Below are positions 25,519 through 35,327 of a stretch of 64,000 nt of DNA, one piece after another. How positions within the stretch are numbered: the first letter of the stretch is position 1; each line of letters begins with the position of its first letter. A program made the translations under genes and the position numbers. The stretch is from Acidimicrobiales bacterium (GTDB lineage Bacteria; Actinomycetota; Acidimicrobiia; Acidimicrobiales; CAIXPF01). Under the pieces are notes generated by a model that saw nothing but the letters and a program-made list of their open reading frames with translations, did no database searches and was not told the DNA's origin. The stretch spans positions 35,129 to 99,128 of the forward strand of contig JBBSLP010000010.1 in NCBI GenBank assembly GCA_038255145.1. The letters are read 5' to 3'.

Positions 25519-26322
25519 GTGGCCACCTACCTCGACCGGATCGTGGCCGCCCACCGTGCGGTGGCCGAGCGCGACGACCGCCCGCTCGACGAGCTGCGGC
25601 GTCGCGCCGACCGCCTGCCCGCCACCCGGGGGTTCGCCCGGGCTCTGGCTGCGGGTGAACGCCTGGCCGTCATCTCCGAGGTCAAGCGGCGCTCGCCGTC
25701 CAAAGGCGACCTCGACGTGGGGCTCGACCCCGCCAAGCTGGCCCGGTCCTACGCCGAGGGCGGGGCCGCGTGCCTGTCGGTGCTGACCGACGAGGAGTTC
25801 TTCGGCGCCCAGCCCGGCGACCTGGCCACGGCCCGGGAGGCCGCCGGCCTGCCCGCGCTGCGCAAGGACTTCACCGTCAGCGAGCGTGACGTGCTCGATG
25901 CCCGCCTGATGGGGGCCGACGCCGTGCTCCTCATCGCCGCCGCCCTCAGCGACGACGAGCTCCGTCGCTTCCACCACCTCGCCCTCGAGGTCGGACTCGA
26001 CGTCCTCGTCGAGGTGCACGACGAGGCCGAGCTCGACCGGGTCCTGCCCTTCGGGCCCCGGGTGGTGGGGGTCAACCAGCGTGACCTGGTCACCTTCGAG
26101 GTCGACACCGAACGGGCCGTGCGGGTGGCGCCATGCATCCCCGACGGCGTCGTGCGGGTGGCCGAGTCGGGCATCACCGGTCCCGCCGATGCCGCCGTGC
26201 TCGCCGCTGCCGGTTACGACGCCCTACTGGTGGGCGAGGCCCTGGTCCGCTCGGGCACCCCGTCTGCCGCGGTCGACGCCCTGCGGGTGGCCCGCCCCGC
26301 CGGCGCCCCCCGCCGCTTCTGA
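25519..26322 (+). CDS. trpC: indole-3-glycerol phosphate synthase
   Basis: Motifs [28 protein letters not shown] and GVNQRDL. Confidence 0.9.
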   Translation: MATYLDRIVAAHRAVAERDDRPLDELRRRADRLPATRGFARALAAGERLAVISEVKRRSPSKGDLDVGLDPAKLARSYAEGGAACLSVLTDEEFFGAQPGDLATAREAAGLPALRKDFTVSERDVLDARLMGADAVLLIAAALSDDELRRFHHLALEVGLDVLVEVHDEAELDRVLPFGPRVVGVNQRDLVTFEVDTERAVRVAPCIPDGVVRVAESGITGPADAAVLAAAGYDALLVGEALVRSGTPSAAVDALRVARPAGAPRRF

Positions 26323-26396
26323 GCTGGCTCTCTCCCGATCCCGCGGCCGTCCCCGACGCCGCCGTCCCAACGCCTGGACCCTGCCGAGGAGCGACC

Positions 26397-27647
26397 ATGA
26401 CCCGCTGGAACCTGCCCGCCGACCGCATCCCCTCGGCCTGGTACAACGTGCTGCCCCGGTTGGCCACGCCGCTCGACCCGCCGCTGCACCCGGGCACCCG
26501 CCAGCCCGTCGGCCCCGACGACCTGGCCCCGCTGTTCCCCATGGCCCTCATCGCCCAGGAGATGTCCCCCGAGCCGTGGATCGACATCCCCGGCGAGGTG
26601 CTGGACATCCTGCGCCTGTGGCGGTCGACCCCCCTGGTGCGGGCCACCCGGCTGGAGGCGGCCCTCGACACGCCGGCCCGCATCTACTTCAAGGACGAGT
26701 CGGTGTCACCGGCCGGCTCGCACAAGACGAACACGGCCGTGGCCCAGGCCTTCTACAACAAGGCCGAGGGCATCACCCGGCTGTCGACGGAGACCGGGGC
26801 CGGCCAGTGGGGTACGGCCCTGTCCTTCGCCTGCACCCAGTTCGACCTGGAGTGCATGGTCTACATGGTGCGCACCAGCTTCGAGGCCAAGCCCTACCGC
26901 CGGGTGATGATGGAGCTGTGGGGCTCCAACGTCGTGCCCTCACCGATCGACGACCCCGGTCACCCGGGTTCGTTGGGTTCGGCCATCACCGACGCCGTGC
27001 GCGACGCGGTCAGCCGCGACGACACCCACTACGCCCTGGGTTCGGTGCTCAACCACGTGCTGCTGCACCAGACCGTGATCGGCCTCGAGGCCCGTGAGCA
27101 ACTCCAGCTGGCGGGGGAGCGCCTGCCCGACGTGGTCATCGCCCCCTGCGGTGGCGGCTCCAACCTGGGTGGTGTGGCCCTGCCCTTCTACGAGGACGCC
27201 GCCGTGCGCCTCATGGCCGTGGAGCCGTCGTCGTGCCCCACCCTCACCGAGGGCACCTTCGGCTACGACTTCGGCGACGTGGGGGAGATGACCCCGCTGC
27301 TGCCCATGTACAGCCTGGGCCACAGCCACATCCCCCCGGCCATCCACGCCGGCGGCCTGCGCTACCACGGCGATTCCCCCATCGTCTCCCAGCTGGTGCG
27401 GGACGGGCGCATGGAGGCCGTGGCCTACCCCCAGGGCAAGGTGTTCGAGGCGGCCATGCTCTTCGCCCGCACCGAGGGCAAGGTGCCGGCACCGGAGACC
27501 GCGCACGGCATCCGCGCCGCCGTCGACGAGGCCCTGGCGGCCAAGGAGACGGGCGAGGAGCGGGTCATCCTCTTCAACTACAGCGGCCACGGCCACCTCG
27601 ACCTGGCCGCCTACGACGACTTCCTCAACGGCCGCTTCGTCGACTGA
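26397..27647 (+). CDS. TrpB2-type tryptophan synthase beta-like PLP enzyme
   Basis: ORF trimmed to ATG 26397 (SD GGAG 7 nt upstream). N-terminal extension [10 protein letters not shown] and PLP-lysine motif [10 protein letters not shown] (versus GSHKINN in the canonical TrpB at 29103). Confidence 0.8.
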   Translation: MTRWNLPADRIPSAWYNVLPRLATPLDPPLHPGTRQPVGPDDLAPLFPMALIAQEMSPEPWIDIPGEVLDILRLWRSTPLVRATRLEAALDTPARIYFKDESVSPAGSHKTNTAVAQAFYNKAEGITRLSTETGAGQWGTALSFACTQFDLECMVYMVRTSFEAKPYRRVMMELWGSNVVPSPIDDPGHPGSLGSAITDAVRDAVSRDDTHYALGSVLNHVLLHQTVIGLEAREQLQLAGERLPDVVIAPCGGGSNLGGVALPFYEDAAVRLMAVEPSSCPTLTEGTFGYDFGDVGEMTPLLPMYSLGHSHIPPAIHAGGLRYHGDSPIVSQLVRDGRMEAVAYPQGKVFEAAMLFARTEGKVPAPETAHGIRAAVDEALAAKETGEERVILFNYSGHGHLDLAAYDDFLNGRFVD

Positions 27648-28206
27648 GGGCGCCGAGGACGAGGTCGAGCGCGGCCTCGAAGGAGGCATCCACGGGGTCG
27701 ACCAGGCCGAAGCCCCCGCCCAGCTCGAGGTCGACGAAGCCGTGGAGCAGGGCCCTCGGTGCACGGATGACGTCGACGTGGTCGGTGCCGGCCACGCCGA
27801 GGCCGTCGAGGAGGGTGGCGATCACCCGCACCGGTTCGGCGGCCGCCGCGGCCCCTTCGGCATCGTCGTCGGCCCGGGGGATGGGGAGCAGGGCGGCGTA
27901 GAGGCCCCGGTGATCGTGTCCGAAGGTTCGGTAGGCGTGGGCCACGGCCCGCAGTCCGGCCCCGGCGTCCGCTTCGTGGCCGGCGGCCGCCGCCCCCAGC
28001 TCGGCGGCCAACCGGGTGGCCGCCTTTCGGCCCAGGGCTCGGCGCAGCCCGTCGACCCCGGCCACGTGGGAGTAGAGCGACGGGGAGCGCACGCCCAGGG
28101 CCGCGGCCACCGTGGCCAAGGTGACGGCCTCGAGCCCCTCACGGTCGGCGATGACGGCGGCGGCGTCGATCACCTGCTCTCGGCTGAGGCCGGCCTTGGG
28201 AGCCAT
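27625..28206 (-). CDS. TetR/AcrR-family transcriptional regulator
   Basis: N-terminal HTH region [40 protein letters not shown]. The 3' end overlaps trpB2 by 23 nt (convergent). Confidence 0.85.
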   Translation of the reverse strand: MAPKAGLSREQVIDAAAVIADREGLEAVTLATVAAALGVRSPSLYSHVAGVDGLRRALGRKAATRLAAELGAAAAGHEADAGAGLRAVAHAYRTFGHDHRGLYAALLPIPRADDDAEGAAAAAEPVRVIATLLDGLGVAGTDHVDVIRAPRALLHGFVDLELGGGFGLVDPVDASFEAALDLVLGALSRRSGR

Positions 28207-28301
28207 GGTCCGAGAGCCTCAGGCAGGCTTGTCAAGGGTCGGTGGCGCCCGACGATGACCGTCCGCGGTCGGGCGCGGCGCCGCAGCTACCCTGACCTGC
28301 C

Positions 28302-28955
28302 GTGTGGGTGAAGATCTGTGGCATCACCAACGAGGAGGACGGTCTCCTCGCCGCGGCCCTGGGTGCCGACGCGCTCGGCTTCATCTTCGCCACGTCGACG
28401 CGGCAGCTGGCCCCGGTGCGGGCCCGTGACATCGTGCGTCGCCTGCCCCCCGAGGTGTTGACCGTGGGCGTGTTCCGCGACGAGGCCCCCGAGCGCGTGG
28501 TGCGCATCGCCAACGAGGTCGGCCTCAAGGCGGCCCAGCTCCACGGACGGGAGACGCCGGAACAGACCCAGTGGGTCCGGGCCCGCATGCCCGTGGTCAT
28601 CAAGGCCTTCCCCGCCGGGGATCCCCGCCTCGACGGGGTGGACGCCTACGGGGCCGATGCCGTGCTCATCGATTCGCCCGTGCCCGGCTCCGGCCAGGTC
28701 TTCGACTGGTCCCTGGCCGAGGGGGCACCGACCAACCGCCGGGTCATCCTCGCCGGGGGGCTGACCCCCGACAACGTCGAAGAGGCCATCCGGGCCGTGC
28801 ACCCCTGGGGCGTGGACGTGGCCAGCGGGGTCGAGGCCAAGCCCGGGGCCAAGGACGCCAAGAAGCTTCGGGCCTTCATCGCCACGGCCAAGTCGGTGAA
28901 GCTGCCCGCCTACCGCAGCGCCCAACGCCCCCCCTTCGACTGGCAGGCCGACTAG
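28302..28955 (+). CDS. trpF: phosphoribosylanthranilate isomerase
   Basis: VKICGIT start. Motifs AQLHG, DSPVPGSGQVFDW and LAGGL. Confidence 0.9.
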   Translation: MWVKICGITNEEDGLLAAALGADALGFIFATSTRQLAPVRARDIVRRLPPEVLTVGVFRDEAPERVVRIANEVGLKAAQLHGRETPEQTQWVRARMPVVIKAFPAGDPRLDGVDAYGADAVLIDSPVPGSGQVFDWSLAEGAPTNRRVILAGGLTPDNVEEAIRAVHPWGVDVASGVEAKPGAKDAKKLRAFIATAKSVKLPAYRSAQRPPFDWQAD

Positions 28956-28967
28956 CCGCTCCCCTTC

Positions 28968-29000
28968 GTCGAATCAGCGTCGATTCGACAGCGATTCGGT
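28968..29000. repeat. CGAWTCG-motif cluster (third copy of the 24-mer seen at 19284 and 19732), upstream of trpB
   Basis: GTCGAATC-agcgtc-GATTCGAC inverted repeat. The 24-mer gcgtcgattcgacagcgattcggt (28977..29000) matches 19284..19307 at 22/24. Confidence 0.7.
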
Positions 29001-29102
29001 GGGGCCGCTCCACGTATCCGACGCACCACCGCGGGCGGGCTGGGGAAGCCCGTCGGGCAACCGAGTGGCCCCTTGGCGGCCACCACCGCGAGGCTGTCGG
29101 GC

Positions 29103-30368
29103 ATGACCGCCGTGATGGGTGACCCCTCTGACACCGGACGCTTCGGGGAGTTCGGTGGGCGGTTCGTCCCCGAGACCCTCGTGCCCGCCCTGGCCGAGCT
29201 CGAGGCCGCCTTCCGCGACGCCTGGGCCGACCCCGGCTTCCGGGCCGAGTACGAGCGCCTGCTGCGCGACTACGCCGGCCGGCCCTCCCTGCTGTACGAC
29301 TGCAGCCGACTGTCCGACGAGCTCGGCCTGCGCCTCCTGCTCAAGCGCGAGGACCTGAACCACACCGGCTCCCACAAGATCAACAACGTGTTGGGCCAGG
29401 CCCTGCTGGCCAAGCGCATGGGCAAGACCAAGCTCCTGGCCGAGACCGGTGCCGGCCAGCACGGTGTGGCCACGGCCACCGCCGCTGCCCTCATGGGCAT
29501 GGAGTGCGTGGTCTACATGGGCGAGGTGGACATGGAGCGCCAGTCGCTCAACGTGTTCCGCATGCGCCTGCTCGGGGCCGAGGTCCTGCCCGCCCTCAGC
29601 GGGTCACGCACCCTCAAGGACGCCGTCAACGAGGCCATGCGGGCGTGGGTGGCCGACGTCGAGCGCAGCCACTACTGCCTGGGCTCGGTCATGGGCCCCC
29701 ACCCCTACCCGTGGATGGTGCGCGAGTTGCACCGGGTGCTGGGTGACGAGGCCCGTGAGCAGTGCCGGGCGCTGACCGGGGGCGATCCCGACGTGGTGGT
29801 GGCCTGCGTGGGCGGTGGCTCCAACGCCGCCGGCATCTTCTCCGGCTTCGCCGAGCTCCCCGCCGTGCGCCTCATCGGCGTCGAGCCCGCCGGGGGCGCC
29901 GCCGTGGCCCGAGGGGTGCCCGGCGTGGTCCACGGCTCGGTCTCCTACCTGCTCCAGGACGAGTGGGGCCAGGTCCAGGAGGCGTACTCGGTGTCCGCGG
30001 GGCTCGACTACCCGGGCGTAGGTCCCGAGCACGCCCACCTGGCCGCCACCGGCCGGGCCCAGTACCCCAGCGTCACCGACGAGGAGGTCATCGAGGCCTT
30101 CCAGCTCCTGGCCCGGACCGAGGGCATCATCACCGCCCTCGAATCGGCCCACGCCCTGGCCTGGGTCAGTCGCGAACGGGCCTCGCTGGCCGGCCTGACG
30201 GTCATGCTCAACCTGTCGGGTCGGGGTGACAAGGACGTGGCCCAGGTCCAGGACATCCTCGAGCACGGCATGGCCGCGAGCGCCCACGGTGCGCACGACC
30301 CGGCCACGGGCCGGGCCGACGCCGACGCCGACGCCGACGCCACGGTCGCCTCCGGCGCCGGCCACTAG
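29103..30368 (+). CDS. trpB: tryptophan synthase beta chain (canonical TrpB1)
   Basis: Motifs [24 protein letters not shown] and GGGSNAAG. Start ATG 29103; 29073 or 29115 are possible. The C-terminus carries a DADADADA repeat (gccgac x4, 30315..30338). Confidence 0.9.
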   Translation: MTAVMGDPSDTGRFGEFGGRFVPETLVPALAELEAAFRDAWADPGFRAEYERLLRDYAGRPSLLYDCSRLSDELGLRLLLKREDLNHTGSHKINNVLGQALLAKRMGKTKLLAETGAGQHGVATATAAALMGMECVVYMGEVDMERQSLNVFRMRLLGAEVLPALSGSRTLKDAVNEAMRAWVADVERSHYCLGSVMGPHPYPWMVRELHRVLGDEAREQCRALTGGDPDVVVACVGGGSNAAGIFSGFAELPAVRLIGVEPAGGAAVARGVPGVVHGSVSYLLQDEWGQVQEAYSVSAGLDYPGVGPEHAHLAATGRAQYPSVTDEEVIEAFQLLARTEGIITALESAHALAWVSRERASLAGLTVMLNLSGRGDKDVAQVQDILEHGMAASAHGAHDPATGRADADADADATVASGAGH

Positions 30369-30378
30369 GTTCAACGCC

Positions 30379-32769
30379 ATGCCCGGATCGATCCTCGGTA
30401 ATGCCGTCCGCCGTGTCGAGGACCCCGACCTCCTCACCGGCAGGGGTACGTACCTGGCCAACCTGCGTCTGCCGGGGCTGCTGCACCTGTCCTTCGTGCG
30501 CTCGTCCGTGGCCCACGCCACCATCACCTCGATCGACGTGTCCGAGGCCGCCGACATGCCCGGCGTGGTCGCCGTCTACACGGCGTCTGACCTCGGCCTG
30601 GCTCCCCACCACGGTTTCGGCGGGGTGTCACCGGTGTTCATGCGGCATCCGCTGGCCTCGGAGCGCGTGCGCTTCGTGGGTGAGCCCGTGGCCGTGGTCG
30701 TGGCCGAGACCAAGGCCGAGGCGGCCGACGCCGTCGACGCCGTGATCGTCGACTACGAGCCCCTCGAGGCCGTGGCCGACCCCGAGCTGGCGCTGGCCGC
30801 AGGAGCGCCGGTGTTGTTCGACGAGATCGGCTCCAACCTGGCCCACAGCCACGGCGATCCCCGGGTCGACGGCTTCTTCGACGACGCCGACGTGGTCGTA
30901 CGGGGCCGCTTCGTCAACCAGCGGGTGGCCGTGGTGCCCATGGAGGGCAACGCCTGCGTGGCCGTGCCCGGCGACGACGGCCAGCTCACCTTCCACGCCG
31001 CCACCCAGATGCCTCACGCCCTGCACGGGGCCCTGGCCGCCGAACTGGGCATGGTGCCCGACCAGGTGCGGGTCATCGCCCCCCACGTGGGCGGTGGTTT
31101 CGGGGGCAAGGTCGGCCTCTGCCACGAGTTCACCGTGGCCGCCGCGGTGGCCCGGCGGCTCGACCGGCCCACGGCGTGGATCGAGACCCGGTCCGAGGAC
31201 ATGGTGTCGCTGGCCCATGGCCGGGCCCAGGTCCACTACGCCGAGCTGGGACTCAAGCGTGACGGCAGCATCACCGGGCTGCGGGTGCAGTTGGTGGCCG
31301 ACGGCGGGGCCTACCCCGGGGTGGGCGCGGCCCTGCCCAACCTGACCCGGATGATGGCCCAGGGCGTCTACGACATGCCCAAGCTCGAGTTCGACATCGC
31401 CGTGGCCGCCACCAACACCACCCCCATCGGCGCCTACCGCGGCGCCGGTCGCCCCGAAGCCGCCTCCCTCGTCGAGCGCATCGTCGACATGGGCGCCGTC
31501 GAGCTCGGCCTCGATCCCGTCGACGTGCGCCGAAAGAACTTCATCCCTTCGGACCGTTTCCCCTTCACCACCCTGATGGGGGCGAACTACGACTCGGCCG
31601 ACTACGACAAGTCGCTGAACAAGCTGCTCGAGTTGGTCGACTACCCGGCCCTGCGGGCCGACCAGGCCGCCCGTCGGGAACGGGGTGACCGGGTGCAGCT
31701 GGGCATCGGCTTCGCCACCTACACCGAGATCACCGCCGGTGGCGGGCCCCAGGAGTACGCCGCCGTCGAGGTCCAGCCCGACGGCTCGGCCATCGTGCGG
31801 GTGGGCACCTCGGGCCACGGCCAGGGCCACGCCACCGCCTTCGCCATGATCGTGGCCGACCACCTGGGCATCCCCATGGACCAGGTCAAGCTCATCCAGT
31901 CCGACACCGAGCTGGTGCGCAGTGGCGGCGGCACCGGCGGGTCCCGCTCCCTGCAGCTGGGGGGCTCGGCCGTGCTCAGCGCGGCCGACGTGGTGCTGGG
32001 CAAGGCCCGCACCCTGGCCGCCCACCTGCTGGAAGCGGCCGAGGACGACATCGTGGTCACCGACGACGGTCGGGTGGGTGTGGCCGGCGTGCCCGCCAAG
32101 GCCCTGGGTTGGGACGAGCTGGCCCGGGCCGCCCTGGCCCAGCCCGACCTCGTCGACCACGAAGACGGCACCGTGGGCCTGGCCGCCCAGCTCGACTTCG
32201 TCCAGGGAGCGGCCACCTTCCCCTTCGGCGCCCACGTGGCCCTCGTCGAGGTCGACACCGACACCGGCCTGGCCCGCCTCATCCGCCACGTGGCCGTCGA
32301 CGACTGCGGCACCGTGCTCAACCCCCTGCTCGTCGCCGGCCAGCAGCACGGCGGCATCGCCCAGGCCGCGGCCCAGGCGCTGTACGAGGAGGTGTCCTAC
32401 GACGCCGACGCCAACCCCCTCACCGTCACCCTGGCCGACTACCTGATGCCCTCGGCCGCCGACCTGCCCAGCTTCGAGGTGGCGTCGACGGAGACCCCCA
32501 CCCCCCTCAACCCCCTGGGGGCCAAGGGCATCGGTGAGGCCGGCACCATCGGCGCCACCCCGGCCGTGCAGAACGCCGTGGTCGACGCCCTGTCCCACCT
32601 CGGCATCCGCCACCTGGACATGCCCGCCAGCCCCGAGCCGGTGTGGCGGGCCATCGACGCAGCCCGGGCCGGCAACCCCCCCGAGCCCTGGCGTGAGCCG
32701 CCGGCCGTGTTCGCCACCCTGACCCGCTCGGCCGCCCCGGTCGAGGTCGGCGACGAGGCCGGCATCTGA
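30379..32769 (+). CDS. xanthine-dehydrogenase-family molybdopterin-binding large subunit, form-II CoxL-like (AYRGAGR motif)
   Basis: ORF 30226..32769 trimmed to ATG 30379. N-terminal [10 protein letters not shown]. Contains GGGFGGK and the active-site loop [13 protein letters not shown]. About 796 aa. No CoxS/CoxM-type genes are nearby. Confidence 0.8.
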   Translation: MPGSILGNAVRRVEDPDLLTGRGTYLANLRLPGLLHLSFVRSSVAHATITSIDVSEAADMPGVVAVYTASDLGLAPHHGFGGVSPVFMRHPLASERVRFVGEPVAVVVAETKAEAADAVDAVIVDYEPLEAVADPELALAAGAPVLFDEIGSNLAHSHGDPRVDGFFDDADVVVRGRFVNQRVAVVPMEGNACVAVPGDDGQLTFHAATQMPHALHGALAAELGMVPDQVRVIAPHVGGGFGGKVGLCHEFTVAAAVARRLDRPTAWIETRSEDMVSLAHGRAQVHYAELGLKRDGSITGLRVQLVADGGAYPGVGAALPNLTRMMAQGVYDMPKLEFDIAVAATNTTPIGAYRGAGRPEAASLVERIVDMGAVELGLDPVDVRRKNFIPSDRFPFTTLMGANYDSADYDKSLNKLLELVDYPALRADQAARRERGDRVQLGIGFATYTEITAGGGPQEYAAVEVQPDGSAIVRVGTSGHGQGHATAFAMIVADHLGIPMDQVKLIQSDTELVRSGGGTGGSRSLQLGGSAVLSAADVVLGKARTLAAHLLEAAEDDIVVTDDGRVGVAGVPAKALGWDELARAALAQPDLVDHEDGTVGLAAQLDFVQGAATFPFGAHVALVEVDTDTGLARLIRHVAVDDCGTVLNPLLVAGQQHGGIAQAAAQALYEEVSYDADANPLTVTLADYLMPSAADLPSFEVASTETPTPLNPLGAKGIGEAGTIGATPAVQNAVVDALSHLGIRHLDMPASPEPVWRAIDAARAGNPPEPWREPPAVFATLTRSAAPVEVGDEAGI

Positions 32770-33617
32770 TGGCCGCTCCGCCTACGACCGACGCTGCGGC
32801 ACCGTCGGCGTCGCCCGCCGCCTCCATCACCACCGAGGTGGAGACCACGCTCGAGGTCCACCTCCGGGCCCGGCGCGACCAGGGCGCCAAGCTGCTGGTG
32901 CCCTACGTGATGGGCGGGCTCGACGACGAATGGACCGACCTGCTGCGGGCCTTCGCCGACGCCGGGGCCGACGCCATCGAGGTCGGCATACCGTTCTCGG
33001 ACCCGATGATGGACGGCCCCGTCGTCCAGGAGGCCTCGGCCCTGGCCCTGGCCCGCGGGGCCACCCCGCTGGCCGTGCTCGATGAGCTGTCCCGGGTCGA
33101 TGCCGGGATCCCGCTCGTGGCCATGACGTACTACAACCTCTGCTACCACGCCGGCCACGAGCGCTTCGCCCACTGGCTGACCGAGGCGGGGGTGTCGGGC
33201 TCCATCCTGGCCGACCTGCCCCTCGAAGAGGTGGGCCCGTGGGCCGAGGCGGCTGACGAGGCCGGCATCGCCACCGTCATGCTCGCCGCACCCACGGGCT
33301 CCGATGACCGGTTGCGCCGGGTCGTCGAACGCTCCCGGGGCTTCGTGTACGCCGTGTCCCTCCTCGGGGTGACGGGGGAGCGCACGGCCCTGGCCGGCAC
33401 CGCAGTGAGCATCGCCACCCGGCTCAAGGCCATCACCGATCGCCCCGTGCTGGTGGGGGTGGGCATCTCCAACGCCGAGCAGGCTGTCGAGGTGAGCCAG
33501 GTGGCCGACGGGGTGGTCATGGCCTCGGCCCTGCTGCGCCGCCGGCTGGAGGGGGCCTCGGTCCTCGAGGTGGCTGACGCCGTGGCCACCGTGCGCCAGG
33601 CGCTCGACCAGCGGTGA
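32769..33617 (+). CDS. trpA: tryptophan synthase alpha chain
   Basis: ATG 32769 shares one nt with the upstream TGA (TGATG). Motifs IEVGIPFSDPMMDGP, YAVSLLGVTG and VGVGIS. Confidence 0.9.
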   Translation: MAAPPTTDAAAPSASPAASITTEVETTLEVHLRARRDQGAKLLVPYVMGGLDDEWTDLLRAFADAGADAIEVGIPFSDPMMDGPVVQEASALALARGATPLAVLDELSRVDAGIPLVAMTYYNLCYHAGHERFAHWLTEAGVSGSILADLPLEEVGPWAEAADEAGIATVMLAAPTGSDDRLRRVVERSRGFVYAVSLLGVTGERTALAGTAVSIATRLKAITDRPVLVGVGISNAEQAVEVSQVADGVVMASALLRRRLEGASVLEVADAVATVRQALDQR

Positions 33618-33979
33618 CAGCCGCGCCCCCGGTCCCCGAACCCGGTTGTGAGCTGTGTGAGGCCGCTCGCTTCACCCACTGGTACGCCGAGGACGACGTG
33701 TGCTGGGTGGCCGACTGCGAGGTGTGCGACACCCCCATGGTCGTGTGGCGCCATCACGGCACCGAGCCCGGTCCCGTCGACGTCGAGCACATGATGGCCG
33801 CCCTGTCCGCCGCGGCCGTGGTCCGCTTCGGACCCGAGGGCTGGTCCATCGACCGCACCATGCGCCAGATCCCCGACCACTTCCACGCCCACTGCCGCGA
33901 CCCGCAGTGGCAGTCCCGCCGCTGGGGCTCGCCGCCGTCGCGCTACACCGGGGTGGGTGGCGACCGGGTGACGCTGTGA
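33614..33979 (+). CDS. divergent HIT-like zinc-binding protein (hypothetical)
   Basis: GTGA overlap with the trpA stop. N-terminal CELCE and CEVCD, then a His-x-His-x-His-like motif DHFHAHC in the position of a HIT motif. Confidence 0.45.
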   Translation: MTAAPPVPEPGCELCEAARFTHWYAEDDVCWVADCEVCDTPMVVWRHHGTEPGPVDVEHMMAALSAAAVVRFGPEGWSIDRTMRQIPDHFHAHCRDPQWQSRRWGSPPSRYTGVGGDRVTL

Positions 33980-33995
33980 GGGTGGGGGCCAGCCC

Positions 33996-34388
33996 GTGAG
34001 CGGCACCCTGTACGAGCTGGTCGGCGGGCGGGCGTGGTTCGAGGGCCTGGTCGACCGCTTCTACGAGGGGGTGGCCGACGACGAGGTGCTGCGCCCCTTG
34101 TACCCCGAGGACGACCTGACCGGGGCCCGTGAGCGGCTGGCCGGCTTCCTCGTGCAGTACTGGGGCGGGCCGGCCACCTACAGCGAGCAGCGGGGTCACC
34201 CCCGGCTGCGCATGCGCCACTTCCCCTTCGCCGTGGGGGTGCGGGAGCGTGAGCACTGGATGACCCACATGACCGCGGCGGTGCAGGCCGGCGGGCTCGA
34301 CCCCGAGGTCGAGGCCGTCGTGATGGAGTACTTCGACCGGGCCGCCACGGCCATGATCAACCAGCCCGAGGAGGGCCCAGGCGCATGA
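33996..34388 (+). CDS. glbO: group II truncated hemoglobin (GlbO-type)
   Basis: 130 aa. Motifs LYELVGG, FYEGVADDEVLRPLYPE, YWGGPATYSEQRGHPRLRMRH and REHW. Confidence 0.85.
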   Translation: MSGTLYELVGGRAWFEGLVDRFYEGVADDEVLRPLYPEDDLTGARERLAGFLVQYWGGPATYSEQRGHPRLRMRHFPFAVGVREREHWMTHMTAAVQAGGLDPEVEAVVMEYFDRAATAMINQPEEGPGA

Positions 34389-34846
34389 CCGACAAGCTCG
34401 AGGTAGGCCAGCCGGCTCCCACGTTCACCCTGTCCGACCAGGACGACAACCCGGTCGACCTGGCCTCGTTCGCCGGGAGGAAGGTGTTGGTCTACTTCTA
34501 CCCGAAGGCCGACACCCCTGGGTGCACCACCCAGGCCTGTGGCCTGCGCGACATCCTGGGCCAGATCGGCGACACCGCCGTGCTCGGCATCAGCCCGGAC
34601 AAGCCCGGGGCCCAGAAGAAGTTCGACGAGAAGTACCACCTGGGCTTCCCCCTGCTGTCGGATCCCGACCACGCCGTGTCCGAGTCCTATGCGGCCTGGG
34701 GCGAGAAGAACCTCTACGGCAAGATCAGCCAGGGCATCATCCGCTCGGCTTTCCTCATCGACGAGGCCGGGGCCGTGGAGAAGGCCTGGTACCGCATCCC
34801 CGCCAAGGCCACCCCGGACCGGCTGCTGGGTGCGCTGAGCGCATGA
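34385..34846 (+). CDS. bcp: thioredoxin-dependent peroxiredoxin Bcp/PrxQ
   Basis: ATGA overlap with glbO. Motifs YFYPKADTPGCTTQAC and GISPD. Confidence 0.9.
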   Translation: MTDKLEVGQPAPTFTLSDQDDNPVDLASFAGRKVLVYFYPKADTPGCTTQACGLRDILGQIGDTAVLGISPDKPGAQKKFDEKYHLGFPLLSDPDHAVSESYAAWGEKNLYGKISQGIIRSAFLIDEAGAVEKAWYRIPAKATPDRLLGALSA

Positions 34847-35289
34847 GCGAGGCTGCCGCGCCGGCCGGGCTGCCCCGACCCACCGACGTCCTGCCCCACC
34901 GGGCGCCCTTCCTGTTCATCGACGAGCTGGTGGAGATCCAGCCGGGAAAGCTGGCCCGGGCCCGCTGGCACCTGAGCGGCGACGAGGCCTTCTTCGCCGG
35001 CCACTTCCCCGGTCGGCCCGTGCTGCCTGGGGTGCTGCAGGTCGAGGCCATCGCCCAGTGCGGCGGCTGCTGCCTGTGGGGGGACGAGCGCTTCGCCGGC
35101 AAGCTCGGCCTGTTCGGCGGCGTGGACCGGGCTCGCTTCCGTCGCCAGGTCGTTCCCGGTGACACCGTGGAGCTCGTCTTCGAGATGGATCGGCTGTCGG
35201 CTCGAGCCGGCAAGGGCAAGGGGCGGGCTCTGGTAGACGGCGACCTCGCCTGTGAGGCCGACCTGTTCTTCGTCATCGCCGACGCCTGA
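34843..35289 (+). CDS. fabZ: 3-hydroxyacyl-ACP dehydratase FabZ-like (hotdog fold)
   Basis: ATGA overlap with bcp. Motifs LPHRAPFLFIDE, FFAGHFPGRPVLPGVL and EAIAQ. Confidence 0.8.
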   Translation: MSEAAAPAGLPRPTDVLPHRAPFLFIDELVEIQPGKLARARWHLSGDEAFFAGHFPGRPVLPGVLQVEAIAQCGGCCLWGDERFAGKLGLFGGVDRARFRRQVVPGDTVELVFEMDRLSARAGKGKGRALVDGDLACEADLFFVIADA

Positions 35290-35290
35290 A

Positions 35291-35327
35291 CCGGTCGTCG
35301 GGGCCGGTCGTGGGGGCCGGTCGGGGC
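35291..35327. repeat. 13-bp tandem repeat x3 immediately after fabZ
   Basis: ccggtcgtcgggg ccggtcgtggggg ccggtcggggc. Confidence 0.7.

Noticed and set aside
28968-28989. GTCGAATC-N6-GATTCGAC and related CGAWTCG sites considered as LexA SOS boxes.
   Set aside because: The half-sites resemble the actinobacterial TCGAAC/GTTCGA, but the spacing is 8 nt between TCGAAT and ATTCGA instead of 4. The sites also sit in convergent 3' spacers or before trpB, not before repair genes.
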